The translations under genes and the position numbers were made by a program. From Promethearchaeum syntrophicum (GTDB taxonomy: Archaea > Asgardarchaeota > Lokiarchaeia > Sigyniarchaeales > Promethearchaeaceae), in the NCBI RefSeq assembly GCF_008000775.2, contig NZ_CP042905.2:3030001-3062000 (forward strand): a stretch of 32,000 nucleotides of DNA, given 5' to 3'. Position 1 is the first letter of the stretch. The number at the start of each line of letters is the position of its first letter. The notes beneath the pieces are model-generated. The model saw nothing but the letters and a program-made list of their open reading frames with translations, had not been told where the DNA came from and ran no database searches. This document shows positions 30,966 through 32,000 of the stretch, one piece after another.

Positions 30966-31748
30966 ATGTGGTTAAATTTCTTATGGTTAGGATTAGTAAT
31001 TTTGACATACATGATTATCATGTATTTTGTCGCGGTAAAAAAAGTTGATTTTAGTATTGTGGATGTTGCCTACGGGATTGGTTTTATTCTTCTATCCTTA
31101 TCAGCCTTGATTTTTTCTAGTAATTTTTCTTTCAATCATTTGATTCCAGTAATATTAGTTAGTCTTTGGGGTGTAAGATTAGCTTGGCACGTATATAAAA
31201 GAAATAAGAAAAAAGGAATCGAAGATATTCGGTATCAAAATATGCGAAAAAATTGGCAACCTCACCCAAATCGAAGCGCTTTCTTCAAGGTTTTTCTCTT
31301 TCAAGGTATGGTTATTTATATTATAACTTTTTCTATAATGTATTATATTACTTTTGAGTCTGAGGGAACTTTACATTGGTTCAGTTATATTGGATTAGTT
31401 ATTTGGATTGTGGGGTATTTCTTTGAAGTTGTTGGGGATGCTCAATTGAAAAAATTCATAGCAAATCCAGAAAATAAGGGACATATTATTCAAACGGGAT
31501 TGTGGCGTTATACTCGGCATCCGAATTATTTTGGAGAGGCTACTATGTGGTGGGGACTTTTTTTCTTCACCTTACCAGTGAATTTCCCTCTCTCATTGAT
31601 TGCCATTATAAGCCCCCTATGGATAACGATTTTGCTCTTATTCATTTCCGGAGTTCCATTACTAGAAAAACATTATGAAGGCAATGAGGAATATGAAGAA
31701 TATAAAAAACATACCAGCAAATTTTTCCCTTTACCCCGAAAGAAATAA
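30966..31748 (+). CDS. DUF1295 / steroid 5-alpha-reductase-like integral membrane protein
   Basis: FEVVGDAQLKKFIANPENKGHIIQTGLWRYTRHPNYFGEATMWWGLFFF...LLEKHYEGNEEYEEYKKHTSKFFPLPRK. Confidence 0.92.
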   Translation: MWLNFLWLGLVILTYMIIMYFVAVKKVDFSIVDVAYGIGFILLSLSALIFSSNFSFNHLIPVILVSLWGVRLAWHVYKRNKKKGIEDIRYQNMRKNWQPHPNRSAFFKVFLFQGMVIYIITFSIMYYITFESEGTLHWFSYIGLVIWIVGYFFEVVGDAQLKKFIANPENKGHIIQTGLWRYTRHPNYFGEATMWWGLFFFTLPVNFPLSLIAIISPLWITILLLFISGVPLLEKHYEGNEEYEEYKKHTSKFFPLPRKK

Positions 31749-31777
31749 TGCTAAACGTTTTCTTTCGATTTTTTATT

Positions 31778-32000
31778 TTATTTTCTGGAGTACATATTAT
31801 ATCCCGATTTTAATGAATCATTCAAATCTTTCCATCGCTCAAGTTCAGCATTAGATACTATATTCCGAAGATGCTCAATTGATTTTTTTATTAGAGTTTG
31901 GAATTTTCCTAGTGAATTAAGCCCTGTTAAATCTATTTTTATAGGGAGTATATATAAATTCTCATCTAATTGGGAATGTAGTTTGGAGGATGCAAAAAAA
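31778..32000 (-). CDS. Hypothetical protein, C-terminal part (truncated by the right window edge)
   Basis: Uninterrupted minus-strand frame from the window edge: FFASSKLHSQLDENLYILPIKIDLTGLNSLGKFQTLIKKSIEHLRNIVSNAELERWKDLNDSLKSGYNMYSRK*. Not in the supplied track. Confidence 0.5.
   Translation of the reverse strand, partial: FFASSKLHSQLDENLYILPIKIDLTGLNSLGKFQTLIKKSIEHLRNIVSNAELERWKDLNDSLKSGYNMYSRK

Noticed and set aside
1-32000. Search for CRISPR arrays, retron-like or defence-island modules, IS elements and tRNA/rRNA genes
   Set aside because: No regularly spaced direct repeats, transposase, RT, Cas or tRNA-like cloverleaf sequence was recognised. The class C beta-lactamase-like and HD proteins are common housekeeping-type families and do not on their own indicate a defence system.

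Overview
AT-rich window from what looks like an archaeal chromosome. The evidence is a TATA-type promoter, a small histone-fold-like ORF, archaeal conserved families and a giant membrane-anchored coiled-coil protein. The style suggests an Asgard-type lineage, but taxonomy is inference only. About 25 genes are supported. Confident ones are folD, a PurF-like protein, a ClC channel with CBS domains, an acyl-CoA dehydrogenase homologue, a GlcD-like FAD oxidase, uvrB-uvrA (1-nt overlap), a YhaM-like HD protein, a GNAT/YoaP-like acetyltransferase, a class-C beta-lactamase-like serine hydrolase and a DUF1295-type membrane protein. Observations most worth follow-up: (1) a PurF homologue whose N-terminal nucleophile Cys is Ala and whose other glutaminase motifs are eroded, while the PRPP loop and candidate Fe-S cysteines are kept; (2) a 1252-aa protein with about 10 TM helices and a roughly 700-residue cytoplasmic-type coiled coil; (3) a J-domain-less protein with eight CxxC motifs of DnaJ zinc-finger type; (4) a 5'-nucleotidase-family gene split by an apparent single-base frameshift; (5) an HD protein with a DUF5710-like N-terminal module in place of the usual N-terminal region; (6) an operon of a membrane-anchored beta-propeller-like protein followed by two tiny single-TM proteins, one below the ORF-track cutoff; (7) a possible AUU start for uvrB. 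No CRISPR array, rRNA, tRNA, transposon or obvious defence island was seen.
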